DNA from: Candidatus Oleincola secundus
GTDB lineage: Bacteria; Atribacterota; Phoenicimicrobiia; Phoenicimicrobiales; Stramentimicrobiaceae
NCBI GenBank assembly: GCA_018400815.1
Contig: JAGYLS010000016.1
Location: 1-29,053 of the forward strand
DNA: 29,053 nucleotides
Reading direction: 5' to 3'
The translations under genes and the position numbers were made by a program. The notes under the pieces were generated by a model. It did not search any database. It was not told the DNA's origin and saw only the letters and a list, made by a program, of their open reading frames with translations. This document shows, in pieces, positions 16,086 through 26,763 of this stretch; position 1 is the first letter of the stretch, and each line of letters begins with the position of its first letter.

Positions 16086-16858
16086 AAATATTGTTAACAA
16101 ATGATGATAGCATACATGCAAAAGGCTTAAAAGAACTCAGAAAATGCATGGAGAAATTTGGGAAGGTCATAGTTATTGCCCCTGATCGGGAAAGAAGTGG
16201 TTCGGGACATTCTACAAGTATTTACCAAACTATTAGTTGCGAAAAAATGTGGTCCAGCCGGTATTCCAGTGGTTATGCCTTAAGCGGAACACCTGTTGAT
16301 TGTGTTATCGTTGGAATAGAAAAGCTATGTGAACATGAGAAGCCGGATGTAATTATTTCAGGTGTTAATGATGGATTAAATTTGGGTAGAGACATTTTTT
16401 ATTCAGGAACTGTTGGAGCTGCAATAGAGGGTGGTTTCCATGATATTTTTTCCATAGCTATATCAATTGACAGAAAAGAGGGATCTCCTATTTATTCCTC
16501 TGCTATAAAAATAATAGAGAGAATTTTTAACACAATACCTTTGGATTTTTATAAAAAGTCACATGTGTTAAATATTAACATTCCGAATGTCGAATACCAG
16601 GATATAAAGGGTATAAGATTAACTAAATTAGCAAAGATATTCCATCAAAAATTTATTAAAAAGATATACCAGACTGATAGAACACAGTATTTCTGGATTG
16701 AGGGTAGCAAGCCCGAGGGATATATGGAAGAGAACAGTGATTATTGGGCAATTTTTAATAATTACATTACTATAACTGATATCTCCCTGCAATTAGAAAA
16801 TAATAAAAATCAATATAATGACTGCCTGAAAGCATGGATTAGACGATTAAATGCCTGA
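16082..16858 (+). CDS. surE: 5'/3'-nucleotidase SurE
   Basis: ILLTNDD, APDRERSG, GTPVDCV, SGVN.G.N.G...YSGTVGAA, LNINIP. TTGA overlap with the upstream gene. Confidence 0.93.
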   Translation: MKILLTNDDSIHAKGLKELRKCMEKFGKVIVIAPDRERSGSGHSTSIYQTISCEKMWSSRYSSGYALSGTPVDCVIVGIEKLCEHEKPDVIISGVNDGLNLGRDIFYSGTVGAAIEGGFHDIFSIAISIDRKEGSPIYSSAIKIIERIFNTIPLDFYKKSHVLNINIPNVEYQDIKGIRLTKLAKIFHQKFIKKIYQTDRTQYFWIEGSKPEGYMEENSDYWAIFNNYITITDISLQLENNKNQYNDCLKAWIRRLNA

Positions 16859-16936
16859 TTGTGTTACCATTAATGGAATAAGGCATTATATTAAATCTAA
16901 ATTTTTCCTATACTAGAAAAATGGAGAAAAATTATC

Positions 16937-17149
16937 ATGAATGAAGGAATATATTTATTAGTAATTCTAATATTTATCATTATTGTTTTATCTAAGTTTG
17001 TAGTACGCTTAATGCGACTTGATTCAACAAAATACAGAATAGCAATTCTTTACGGGAGAGTACTGCTGGGATTTTTACTGGCAATGCTCTTATATATTAT
17101 TTTTTTGATGTTAAGAGGAGAAGATGTCATCAGTAAACTATTGGGGTAA
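16937..17149 (+). CDS. Small two-TM membrane protein of unknown function
   Basis: 70 aa, two hydrophobic stretches, SD GGAG upstream. Confidence 0.65.
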   Translation: MNEGIYLLVILIFIIIVLSKFVVRLMRLDSTKYRIAILYGRVLLGFLLAMLLYIIFLMLRGEDVISKLLG

Positions 17150-17185
17150 ATGCACCTGTAATTTGTTGTATAAAAATATCATAAA

Positions 17186-17261
17186 TGGAGCGGGAAACGG
17201 GGCTTGAACCCGCGACCTTTGGCTTGGGAAGCCAACGCTCTACCAACTGAGCTATTCCCGC
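17186..17261 (-). tRNA. tRNA-Gly(CCC)
   Basis: Reverse complement GCGGGAATAGCTCAGTTGGTAGAGCG-TTGGC-TTCCCAA-GCCAA-AGGTCGCGGGTTCAAGCCCCGTTTCCCGCTCCA. 76 nt, encoded CCA. Confidence 0.96.
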
Positions 17262-17282
17262 AAGATTATTGAATTGAATTTT

Positions 17283-17311
17283 ATTATATATTAAAATTAT
17301 TGTATTTTCAA
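17283..17311 (-). promoter_or_regulatory. sigma70 promoter of tRNA-Gly
   Basis: Minus strand TTGAAA (17311-17306), 17 nt, TATAAT (17288-17283). Confidence 0.6.
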
Positions 17312-17368
17312 TGAACTTTATTTTATATATTTAAAATTTCCAATGAAATTAAAAGGAAGGAGACATAA

Positions 17369-18754
17369 GTGTACCAGCGCAATTACTATAGAAATGAAAA
17401 ATCAAAATCTAAAAAGAATAGAATATACAAAAAAATTGTTTTATCCATTTTAGTACTTATTTTTATATTTTTTATTACTTATTCTATTGATTTGTTAATC
17501 CATAGGGGTAAAATTTATCCTAATGTTATAGCATTACATAAAAATATAGGAAAATTAAATAAATCTGAGGCAAATAAGATTTTAATTCCCATTGTCCGGG
17601 ACATGATATCAAACCCAGTTGTTATTAAGTATAATAGTTTTGAAAATAGGTTTATTCCAGAAGAAGATCTTGCTGCTTCAGTAGATATAGAAAAGTTGAT
17701 AGATGAAGCTTATACAATTGCCCGACGTGGTACGCTGTGGCAAAGATTAAAAGAGAGAGTATTATTAATAAGGCAAAATTATCCACTTCCAAGCTACCTG
17801 GATTTTGATGAAAAGCATTTCGAAACCATTCTTGCTCAGCTTCAATCTAAAATTGAACAGCCCCGGAGAGATGCAGAGTTGAAATCAGATAGAGTAATCC
17901 CAGCCCAGGTTGGTATCGAAATAAAGCGAAAAGAGTTATATAAAGATATACATGAAATTATCTTTAATTCAATTAATACGGATGACCCTGAAATAGTACC
18001 ATTGCCTATTCAATATTATCAACCCGATATTTCAACCATAGAATTACTTTCGCAAATAGGGATTAAACAGGTAATAAGCACTTTTGAAACCACTTTACAA
18101 GGTAAGGAGAAAAATACATTATATAATATAAAGAAAGCATCTGATCAAATTAATGGTATTATATTAAAACACAGCGAGAATTTTTTATTTAACCGGTTAA
18201 TTGGACCTGCAGAGAGAGAAGATGGTTATAAAGAAAGCACGATTATTTCTAATGGTCAATTTACGAGTGGTTATGGTGGTGGTATCTGCCAGGTATCCAC
18301 GACATTGTATAATGCAGCCTTACTTGCTAACCTGCAAATAATTGAAAGATACAATCATTCTATATATGGAGATGCAACAAATTATGTCCCTTTAGGCAGA
18401 GATGCTGCTATATTCTATGGATATAAAGATTTAAAATTTAAAAATTCATTAGAACAACCAATTGTAGTATTTTGTGAGATTAAGGAAAGTAGCCTAATAG
18501 TGACTATATATGGAGAAAAGTTATTAGATAAAAATATTACAATTATAACAAAGGATAAGGAAGTGCATGATTTCGACATAATAGAAATAAAAAGAGAAAA
18601 TATGGAATATGCCGGTGAAAGGGTATTACAGGAGGGTATTCCCGGGTATAGCATAAAAACCTATCGGGTAATCACTGATTCCAGGGGTGAAAGCATGGAA
18701 TTTCTTTCTAATGACCAGTATGTTAGCGTTCCACAAAAAATATTGATAGATTAA
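17369..18754 (+). CDS. VanW/YoaR-family protein (TM, PG-binding-4-like region, VanW domain, G5-like tail)
   Basis: Basic N-terminus plus TM, NIKKA..INGIIL, FN..IGP, GGGICQVSTTLYNA, ERYNHS, YVPLGRDA, DLKFKN, and C-terminal QEGIPGY..KTYR. Confidence 0.9.
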   Translation: MYQRNYYRNEKSKSKKNRIYKKIVLSILVLIFIFFITYSIDLLIHRGKIYPNVIALHKNIGKLNKSEANKILIPIVRDMISNPVVIKYNSFENRFIPEEDLAASVDIEKLIDEAYTIARRGTLWQRLKERVLLIRQNYPLPSYLDFDEKHFETILAQLQSKIEQPRRDAELKSDRVIPAQVGIEIKRKELYKDIHEIIFNSINTDDPEIVPLPIQYYQPDISTIELLSQIGIKQVISTFETTLQGKEKNTLYNIKKASDQINGIILKHSENFLFNRLIGPAEREDGYKESTIISNGQFTSGYGGGICQVSTTLYNAALLANLQIIERYNHSIYGDATNYVPLGRDAAIFYGYKDLKFKNSLEQPIVVFCEIKESSLIVTIYGEKLLDKNITIITKDKEVHDFDIIEIKRENMEYAGERVLQEGIPGYSIKTYRVITDSRGESMEFLSNDQYVSVPQKILID

Positions 18755-18783
18755 CCGATATATTAAAAGTTTGGATTATTTTT

Positions 18784-19581
18784 ATGAATAGTAGTAGTCG
18801 TATTTTTTTAAGAAATAAATATTATTTATTTATTTTAGTTATTTTAAGCATTTTTTGGCAAACGTTATTTTGTTTAGGTTCAACTAATGATTCTGAGTCA
18901 TTGTTTAGAACAGAGATTATCGTTTGTAGGGATACAGATTACCAGACTAATGCTTATTTTTATTCTTCTGAACAAGAAGGGCCTACTGTAATGATTATGG
19001 CAGGAGTTCATGGAGATGAATTGGCGGGTATAGAGGCAGCAAAGCAGTTTATGGAAAATATTAAGCTTGAGAGGGGAACGGTTATCATTATCCCGGAGGC
19101 TAACAAAGAAGCTATTGACCACAGAGTACGGGCAATATCCCCGGAGGAGGATTTAAACCGTAATTATCCCGGTGACCTTACGTCAGAGGGAATCAAAAGA
19201 TTGGCAGGCGAAATTTTTGAAATTTTGAAAAATAATGAAATTGATTTCCTTTTGGATTTGCACGAATCAGTCGATTATTACAATAAAAATAGTTCTTTTT
19301 ATGGGCAAACTATTGTGCTTGATGATAATGAAAACCATTTTTTAAATAGGATAGCCGGATATCTTGTTAATAAGCTAAACAGCAGTGTTGTTTCCCCGGA
19401 AGATATGTTTGATGTTATTGTAAAGCCAATTGCCGGGAGCAGTACCTATGAGGCCTTAAACCATCTTGAAATATGTGGGATTACCTTCGAAACTTGTAAT
19501 AAAATGGATTATAAAAAAAGAGTTGATTTTCATTATCAATGTATAGAAAACGTTTTAGCTTACTTTGATGTTATAAACTAA
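18784..19581 (+). CDS. Exported M14-clan Zn peptidase (AstE/AspA-like fold)
   Basis: Signal/TM segment, GVHGDE (HxxE), DLNR.YPG, LDLHES, TFET (catalytic Glu). Confidence 0.85.
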   Translation: MNSSSRIFLRNKYYLFILVILSIFWQTLFCLGSTNDSESLFRTEIIVCRDTDYQTNAYFYSSEQEGPTVMIMAGVHGDELAGIEAAKQFMENIKLERGTVIIIPEANKEAIDHRVRAISPEEDLNRNYPGDLTSEGIKRLAGEIFEILKNNEIDFLLDLHESVDYYNKNSSFYGQTIVLDDNENHFLNRIAGYLVNKLNSSVVSPEDMFDVIVKPIAGSSTYEALNHLEICGITFETCNKMDYKKRVDFHYQCIENVLAYFDVIN

Positions 19582-19615
19582 AAGGCCTCATATCTTTGAT
19601 AAAACATGAGGCCTT
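19582..19615. terminator. Stem-loop between convergent genes, probable bidirectional terminator
   Basis: AAGGCCTCAT (19582-19591) pairs with ATGAGGCCTT (19606-19615). Confidence 0.7.
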
Positions 19616-19636
19616 AGTAATAAAACATATTATTGT

Positions 19637-20737
19637 TTAGTTATCTGATGTTACTTCTTCTTCTACTGTTTCTTCTTCCTGTTGGTTCTCATTTTCTTCG
19701 AATTCAATTTCTTCTGAAGGTTCTTCTGTAGCTGTTTGTTCAGTTGTCTCTAATTCTGAAGTGAAATCATAGTGAATTATTACTTCAGAATCTTCTCTTA
19801 ATTGAGTTATTAGTGCCTCAATTGCAGCGTTTTGCTTTTGGGATTTTAAAACATTTTCTATGTCTTCCCGCGCTTCTTCAAGGCTTGGCTGATGCTCATC
19901 TTTTATGTCTTCACACTTGATAATATGGTATCCGTATTCAGTTTCCACAATATCACTCATTTCTCCAATTTCCAGAGAAAAAGCAGCTGTTTCAAATTCT
20001 TGAACCATTTGCCCCTGGCTAATATAGCCTAAGTCCCCGCCTTTTTCTGAAGAAGGACAGATGGATTTTTCCCTGGCTAATTTCTCAAAGTCAACCATCC
20101 CGTCATTTAATTGATTCAATATTTTTTGAGCCTCTTCTTTATCTTCAACCAGGATATGTCTGATTTTTCTTTTCTCCGGTTCAAAGAAATCTTCTTGATT
20201 TTCTTCATAGTATTCGGATATTTCTTCTTCGGTTATTTCAATCTCTTCATATTCCCGTTCAATTGCTTCTCCAATCATCAGCTGTCTCTTTATATCATCT
20301 TTTAGCTGTTTGAGAGTTAGATTATTCCTTTTTAATGCCTCATTAAATTCTGCTTCTGAATCAAAATTGTTTTTGACTGCTTCAATTTCTTCATTAATAT
20401 CATTTTCAGGAATGTCAATATTTTTACCTTGAGCATATTGATACAATAGTATTGAGTTAATCAATTGCTCTGTAACGCTGTTCTTAATAGATGCCAATGT
20501 CTGGTCGGTCATATTAGATAGTGCTTGATTGTCATAACGGGAAATAAAACTTGAAAAAGCATTTTGCCATTGCTGATAGCTAATTCCGGTATTGTTAACT
20601 TCCGCAATTAAACCCCCTGCACTTTGTTGACTGTTGCCGGAAGACCTGTATTGACCGAGGCCATAAAATATTGAGACAATAAAAGCAACAACGATAACTA
20701 GAAGAATAGGTTTTAAGTTTTTTCGAATGAATTGCAT
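19637..20737 (-). CDS. Parvulin-type peptidyl-prolyl isomerase/foldase (SurA_N + rotamase; PrsA/PpiD-like)
   Basis: N-terminal TM, IAEVN...I, RHILV, FEKLAREKS, GGDLG, MV.EFE.AAF.L, TEYGYHII, acidic tail. Confidence 0.9.
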   Translation of the reverse strand: MQFIRKNLKPILLVIVVAFIVSIFYGLGQYRSSGNSQQSAGGLIAEVNNTGISYQQWQNAFSSFISRYDNQALSNMTDQTLASIKNSVTEQLINSILLYQYAQGKNIDIPENDINEEIEAVKNNFDSEAEFNEALKRNNLTLKQLKDDIKRQLMIGEAIEREYEEIEITEEEISEYYEENQEDFFEPEKRKIRHILVEDKEEAQKILNQLNDGMVDFEKLAREKSICPSSEKGGDLGYISQGQMVQEFETAAFSLEIGEMSDIVETEYGYHIIKCEDIKDEHQPSLEEAREDIENVLKSQKQNAAIEALITQLREDSEVIIHYDFTSELETTEQTATEEPSEEIEFEENENQQEEETVEEEVTSDN

Positions 20738-20901
20738 AATAATATATAGTCTCCTTAAAATTATTTTGGATATCGATTATAAATATAATATTACTGGGAT
20801 TATTTGTCAAATTTAGTTTAATAACATATCTGCTGATGATTAATCAATGATAATATTGAGATTTTTGTGCATTTTGTTATATACTATAAACATTAAATTA
20901 A

Positions 20902-22941
<2,040 letters not shown>

Positions 22942-22965
22942 AAAATTGGACAGGAGGATTATTTT

Positions 22966-23259
22966 ATGGCTGAAAGAATCATTGATAAAAAAGAGGTTGA
23001 ATATGTAGCAGGATTGGCCAAGCTGGAATTAAACGAGGAACAAAAAAGTTTATTTTTAAAACAATTAAATGATATTCTTACTTATTTTAAAAAATTAAAT
23101 GAATTAGATACTGAATTGGTAGAACCTACATCTCATATTCTGCATTCTGCTAATGCATTTCATGAAGATGTAATTAAACCATCATTGCCACAAGAAGTAG
23201 TGATGAATTTAACCCAACATAAGAAAAATGGCTATTTTAAGGTTCCTAAAATATTATAA
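22966..23259 (+). CDS. gatC: Asp/Glu-tRNA amidotransferase subunit C
   Basis: EVEYVA.LAKL, L.ELDT..VEPT, YFKVPKIL. Upstream of gatA and gatB. Confidence 0.93.
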   Translation: MAERIIDKKEVEYVAGLAKLELNEEQKSLFLKQLNDILTYFKKLNELDTELVEPTSHILHSANAFHEDVIKPSLPQEVVMNLTQHKKNGYFKVPKIL

Positions 23260-23282
23260 TTATTTTCAAATAAAGCCTATGG

Positions 23283-23530
23283 ATTTATTTAACCATGAAA
23301 AACCACCTTCTAAGAAGGTGGTAATGGTTAAATAAATTGGTTTTACCATGAAAAAGACGAAGATAAGCTATATGACAATTTTTCACCATGCAGTCCAAGG
23401 CAAACATTTCTAGTGATTAGAAATATTCAGTTAAAATAGTAGAAAAAAGTAAAACAAATACTAACCAATAAAAGGTTAAACCTCTTTTAGAGGTTCTTAA
23501 AACCACCCGCTATGCGGGTGCGATATTTAC
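23283..23530. mobile_element. Non-autonomous IS200/IS605-like element (hairpin ends, no transposase)
   Basis: Two same-geometry hairpins in direct orientation: AAAACCACC-TTC-TAA-GAA-GGTG (23299-23320) and AAAACCACC-CGC-TAT-GCG-GGTG (23499-23520). Extra hairpin AACCTCT-TTT-AGAGGTT (23479-23495). Boundaries approximate. Confidence 0.55.
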
Positions 23531-23554
23531 AAACACACAGAAAAATGGGAGGAA

Positions 23555-25027
23555 ATGGATTTGCAGTTGAATGAGTTAAAAGGGATTGACTATATAGAGA
23601 TGGTTCGGCAAAGGAAAGTAACAGTTGAACAGGTAATTATTGATATTTTTAATCAAATTGATAGAGTTGATGAAAAACTTAAGGCTTATTTAAGAATTAA
23701 TAGGAATGGAGCTTTAGAAGAGGCAAAAACAATAGACCAAAAGATAAAGAATAATAGAAAGATACCTCCTCTGGCTGGTCTTCCGGTAGCAATAAAGGAT
23801 ATTATTTGTACTAAGGGAATTGAAACAAACTGTGCTTCCAAAATTTTACAAGGATTTGTTCCACCCTATGATGCAACTGTCATAAGGAAAATCAAAAAAG
23901 CCGGCGCAATTATTATTGGTAAGACAAATATGGATGAGTTTGGAATGGGATCTTCCAATGAGAATTCTGCTTTTCAGGTGACTTTAAATCCCTGGGACAT
24001 GACTCGTGTTCCAGGTGGTTCCAGTGGTGGTTCTGCGGTAAGTGTAGCAGCAGATGAAGCACTGATGGCCTTGGGGACAGACACAGGAGGTTCTATCAGG
24101 CTACCTGCCTCTTTTTGTGGAATTGTTGGCATGAAACCCACTTATGGAAGAGTATCTCGTTATGGAGTGGTAGCTTATGCTTCTTCTTTGGATCAGGTCG
24201 GAACCTTAACCAAAAGTGTCAAAGATGCAGCCTTGATGATGAATGTGATATGTGGTCATGATGATATGGATTCAACCTCTGCAGATATCCCGGTTCCTGA
24301 TTTTCTTGATTCCTGCCGGGAGGGTATTAAAGACCTAAAATTTGCCATTCCCCGGGAATATTTTAAACAGGGCTTAAATAGTGAGGTAAAAGATTCAGTA
24401 ATGAAAGCAATTAACACGGTTTCTGAATTAGGAGGAAAAGTAGAAGAAGTATCCTTACCGAATATAGAATATGCTTTACCTGCTTATTATTTGATTGGTA
24501 TGGCAGAGGCAAGCTCAAACTTGGCTAAATATGACGGAGTCCAATATGGCTTAAGAACAGGAGACAGCAATAATCTTGAAGATATGTACAGGAAAACCAG
24601 AAGCACGGGTTTTGGACCAGAGGTTATTCGGCGAATAATGTTGGGAACCTATGCCTTAAGTTCGGGATATTATGATGCTTATTATCTAAAAGCACAAAAG
24701 GTGAGAACCTTAATTAAAAAAGATTTTGACGATGTTTTTAAAAAGTTTGATATAATTCTATCTCCTACCTCTCCTGTCCCTGCTTTCAAAGTAGGGGAAA
24801 AAATGGATGACCCTTTAACCATGTATCTAACCGATGTCTATACTATGCCGGTTAACATGGCTGGATTACCTGGTTTATCAATTAATTGTGGCTTTACAGC
24901 AAAGGATACTTTGCCTATCGGGCTTCAAATTATCGGACGGGCATTTGAGGAAGAGAAAATATTGAGGGTTGCCTATAATTTTGAATCACATTCTGGTAAA
25001 ACCTGTTCTAGAAAACCAAGTATATAA
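23555..25027 (+). CDS. gatA: Asp/Glu-tRNA amidotransferase subunit A
   Basis: AIKD, GKTNMDEF, PGGSSGGSA, GTDTGGSIR.PA, RRIMLGTYALSSGYYDAYY. Confidence 0.98.
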   Translation: MDLQLNELKGIDYIEMVRQRKVTVEQVIIDIFNQIDRVDEKLKAYLRINRNGALEEAKTIDQKIKNNRKIPPLAGLPVAIKDIICTKGIETNCASKILQGFVPPYDATVIRKIKKAGAIIIGKTNMDEFGMGSSNENSAFQVTLNPWDMTRVPGGSSGGSAVSVAADEALMALGTDTGGSIRLPASFCGIVGMKPTYGRVSRYGVVAYASSLDQVGTLTKSVKDAALMMNVICGHDDMDSTSADIPVPDFLDSCREGIKDLKFAIPREYFKQGLNSEVKDSVMKAINTVSELGGKVEEVSLPNIEYALPAYYLIGMAEASSNLAKYDGVQYGLRTGDSNNLEDMYRKTRSTGFGPEVIRRIMLGTYALSSGYYDAYYLKAQKVRTLIKKDFDDVFKKFDIILSPTSPVPAFKVGEKMDDPLTMYLTDVYTMPVNMAGLPGLSINCGFTAKDTLPIGLQIIGRAFEEEKILRVAYNFESHSGKTCSRKPSI

Positions 25028-25088
25028 TATAAATTTTTTAAAAATATAAAAAATATAAAAATGAGAATATAAGAGAATGGAGTTTAAC

Positions 25089-26546
25089 ATGCAAGATGAT
25101 ATTGTAATCGGTTTAGAAATCCATGTTCAATTATCAACAAAAACAAAGATATTTTGTAATTGTAGCACAGACTATATTGACCAAGAGCCTAACACCAATA
25201 CTTGTCCGGTTTGTCTTGGTTTACCGGGAGGCTTGCCGGTTCTCAATAAAAAAGCTGTAGAATTAGCTATTAGGACTGCTATTGCCTTAAATTGTCGAAT
25301 AAATAGTACAAGTATTTTTCACCGCAAAAATTATTTTTATCCTGATTTGCCAAAAGCTTTTCAAATATCCCAATACGACCTACCTTTGGCAGAAGAAGGA
25401 TTTATGGAATTAATAGTAGGGAAATCAAAAAAAAATAGTAAAATACGCATTACCAGGGCACATATGGAAGAAGATGCCGGCAAATTAGTGCACATTGAGG
25501 AAAAAGGACAAATAGTTGATTCATTGGTTGATTACAATCGTTCCTGTGTTCCATTATTGGAAATAGTAACCGAACCGGATATACGTTCTTCAGAGGAGGC
25601 AATTGTTTTTCTGCAAAATCTTAGGAGTATTGTTCAGTACCTTGGTGTTTGTGATGGCAATTTAGAGTGTGGCTCAATGAGGTGTGATGCAAATATCTCT
25701 ATCAGAGATTCAAAATCTCATCAACTTGGAACCAAAACCGAGGTAAAAAATATGAATTCATTTCGGGCGATTAAACGAGCTCTGGATTATGAAATATGCC
25801 GACAAAGAAAATTGATTGAAGATGGCGAGAAAGTATCACAGGAAACAAGACGATGGGATGAGGCTAATAATCAAACAGTTACTATGCGAAGTAAGGAAGA
25901 AGCTCATGATTATCGTTATTTTCCGGAGCCTGATTTGTTGCCGTTAAAGATCAAAGATTCTTGGGTAAATGAAATCAAAGATAGCCTACCTGAATTACCT
26001 GTAGACCGAAAAGAAAGATTCACCAGAGATTTTGGTCTTTCTGACTATGATGCCAGTCGTTTAGTGGAGATAAAATCATTAGGAGATTATTTTGAAGAAG
26101 CTGCCAGGGACTATAAAGACTATAAAAAATTGACTAACTGGATTCTAAGTGAATTACTGAGATATTTAGGCGAAGAAGGTACCGAAATTAGTTCAAGTCC
26201 CATTTCAGCGGAAAGCTTGGCTGAATTATTACATCTGATTGACCGAAAGGTTATTAGTGGAAAGATTGCTAAGACAATTTTTGAAAAAATGTTTAAAACC
26301 GGTCAGAGTGCTACTGATTTGGTGCAAAAAAGTGGCCTTACTCAAATAAGTGATAAAGAAGAAATTGATATTATTATTGAAAAAGTTATCGAGGACAATA
26401 TTCAATCAGTTCAGGATTATCGTTCTGGCAAGGAAAAGGCTGTAAATTTTTTGGTTGGTCAGGTAATGCGCCATACTAAAGGCAGGGCACAACCAGATTT
26501 GGTGCTTAATTTATTAAAAGAAAAGATGAATAAATTGCAAAATTAA
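25089..26546 (+). CDS. gatB: Asp/Glu-tRNA amidotransferase subunit B
   Basis: IGLEIHVQL, RKNYFYPDLPK, HMEEDAGK, RCDANIS, DYRYFPEPDL, GQVM. Start 25089 preferred over 25077 because GGAG lies 6 nt upstream. Confidence 0.98.
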   Translation: MQDDIVIGLEIHVQLSTKTKIFCNCSTDYIDQEPNTNTCPVCLGLPGGLPVLNKKAVELAIRTAIALNCRINSTSIFHRKNYFYPDLPKAFQISQYDLPLAEEGFMELIVGKSKKNSKIRITRAHMEEDAGKLVHIEEKGQIVDSLVDYNRSCVPLLEIVTEPDIRSSEEAIVFLQNLRSIVQYLGVCDGNLECGSMRCDANISIRDSKSHQLGTKTEVKNMNSFRAIKRALDYEICRQRKLIEDGEKVSQETRRWDEANNQTVTMRSKEEAHDYRYFPEPDLLPLKIKDSWVNEIKDSLPELPVDRKERFTRDFGLSDYDASRLVEIKSLGDYFEEAARDYKDYKKLTNWILSELLRYLGEEGTEISSSPISAESLAELLHLIDRKVISGKIAKTIFEKMFKTGQSATDLVQKSGLTQISDKEEIDIIIEKVIEDNIQSVQDYRSGKEKAVNFLVGQVMRHTKGRAQPDLVLNLLKEKMNKLQN

Positions 26547-26596
26547 TTTATAATATATGTATTAAGAAATAAAAAATTTGGAAAGGGGTGATAATG

Positions 26597-26758
26597 ATGG
26601 ATAAATATAGATGCACTGTTTGCGGTTATATCTATGATCCGGAAAAAGGAGATCCAGAATCAGACATTGAACCCGGAACCTCGTTTGACGACTTGCCTGA
26701 AGACTGGGTATGCCCTTTATGCGGAGCAAGTAAAGATGAATTTGAAAAGGAGGAATAA
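26597..26758 (+). CDS. Rubredoxin
   Basis: Not in the ORF track. [53 protein letters not shown], with CxxCG...CPxCG and an upstream SD. Alternative ATG at 26594. Confidence 0.96.
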   Translation: MDKYRCTVCGYIYDPEKGDPESDIEPGTSFDDLPEDWVCPLCGASKDEFEKEE

Positions 26759-26763
26759 TAATC

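Noticed and set aside
16850..16887. Hairpin over the surE TGA stop as a SECIS or readthrough signal
   Set aside because: SurE is already full length, the stem includes the TGA itself, and the frame closes soon after. At most a weak terminator.
13317..17185. Segment between two convergent tRNA 3' ends as a genomic island
   Set aside because: No integrase, no duplicated tRNA 3' end seen, no visible composition shift, and housekeeping-type content.
23311..23330. AAGAAGGTGGTAATGG as a T-box before gatA
   Set aside because: It lacks the TGGNACC core and there is no room or motif for stem I. The sequence is explained as a hairpin arm.
25022..25076. AAAAATATA-type repeats between gatA and gatB
   Set aside because: Short low-complexity AT sequence expected in this genome, with no functional pattern.
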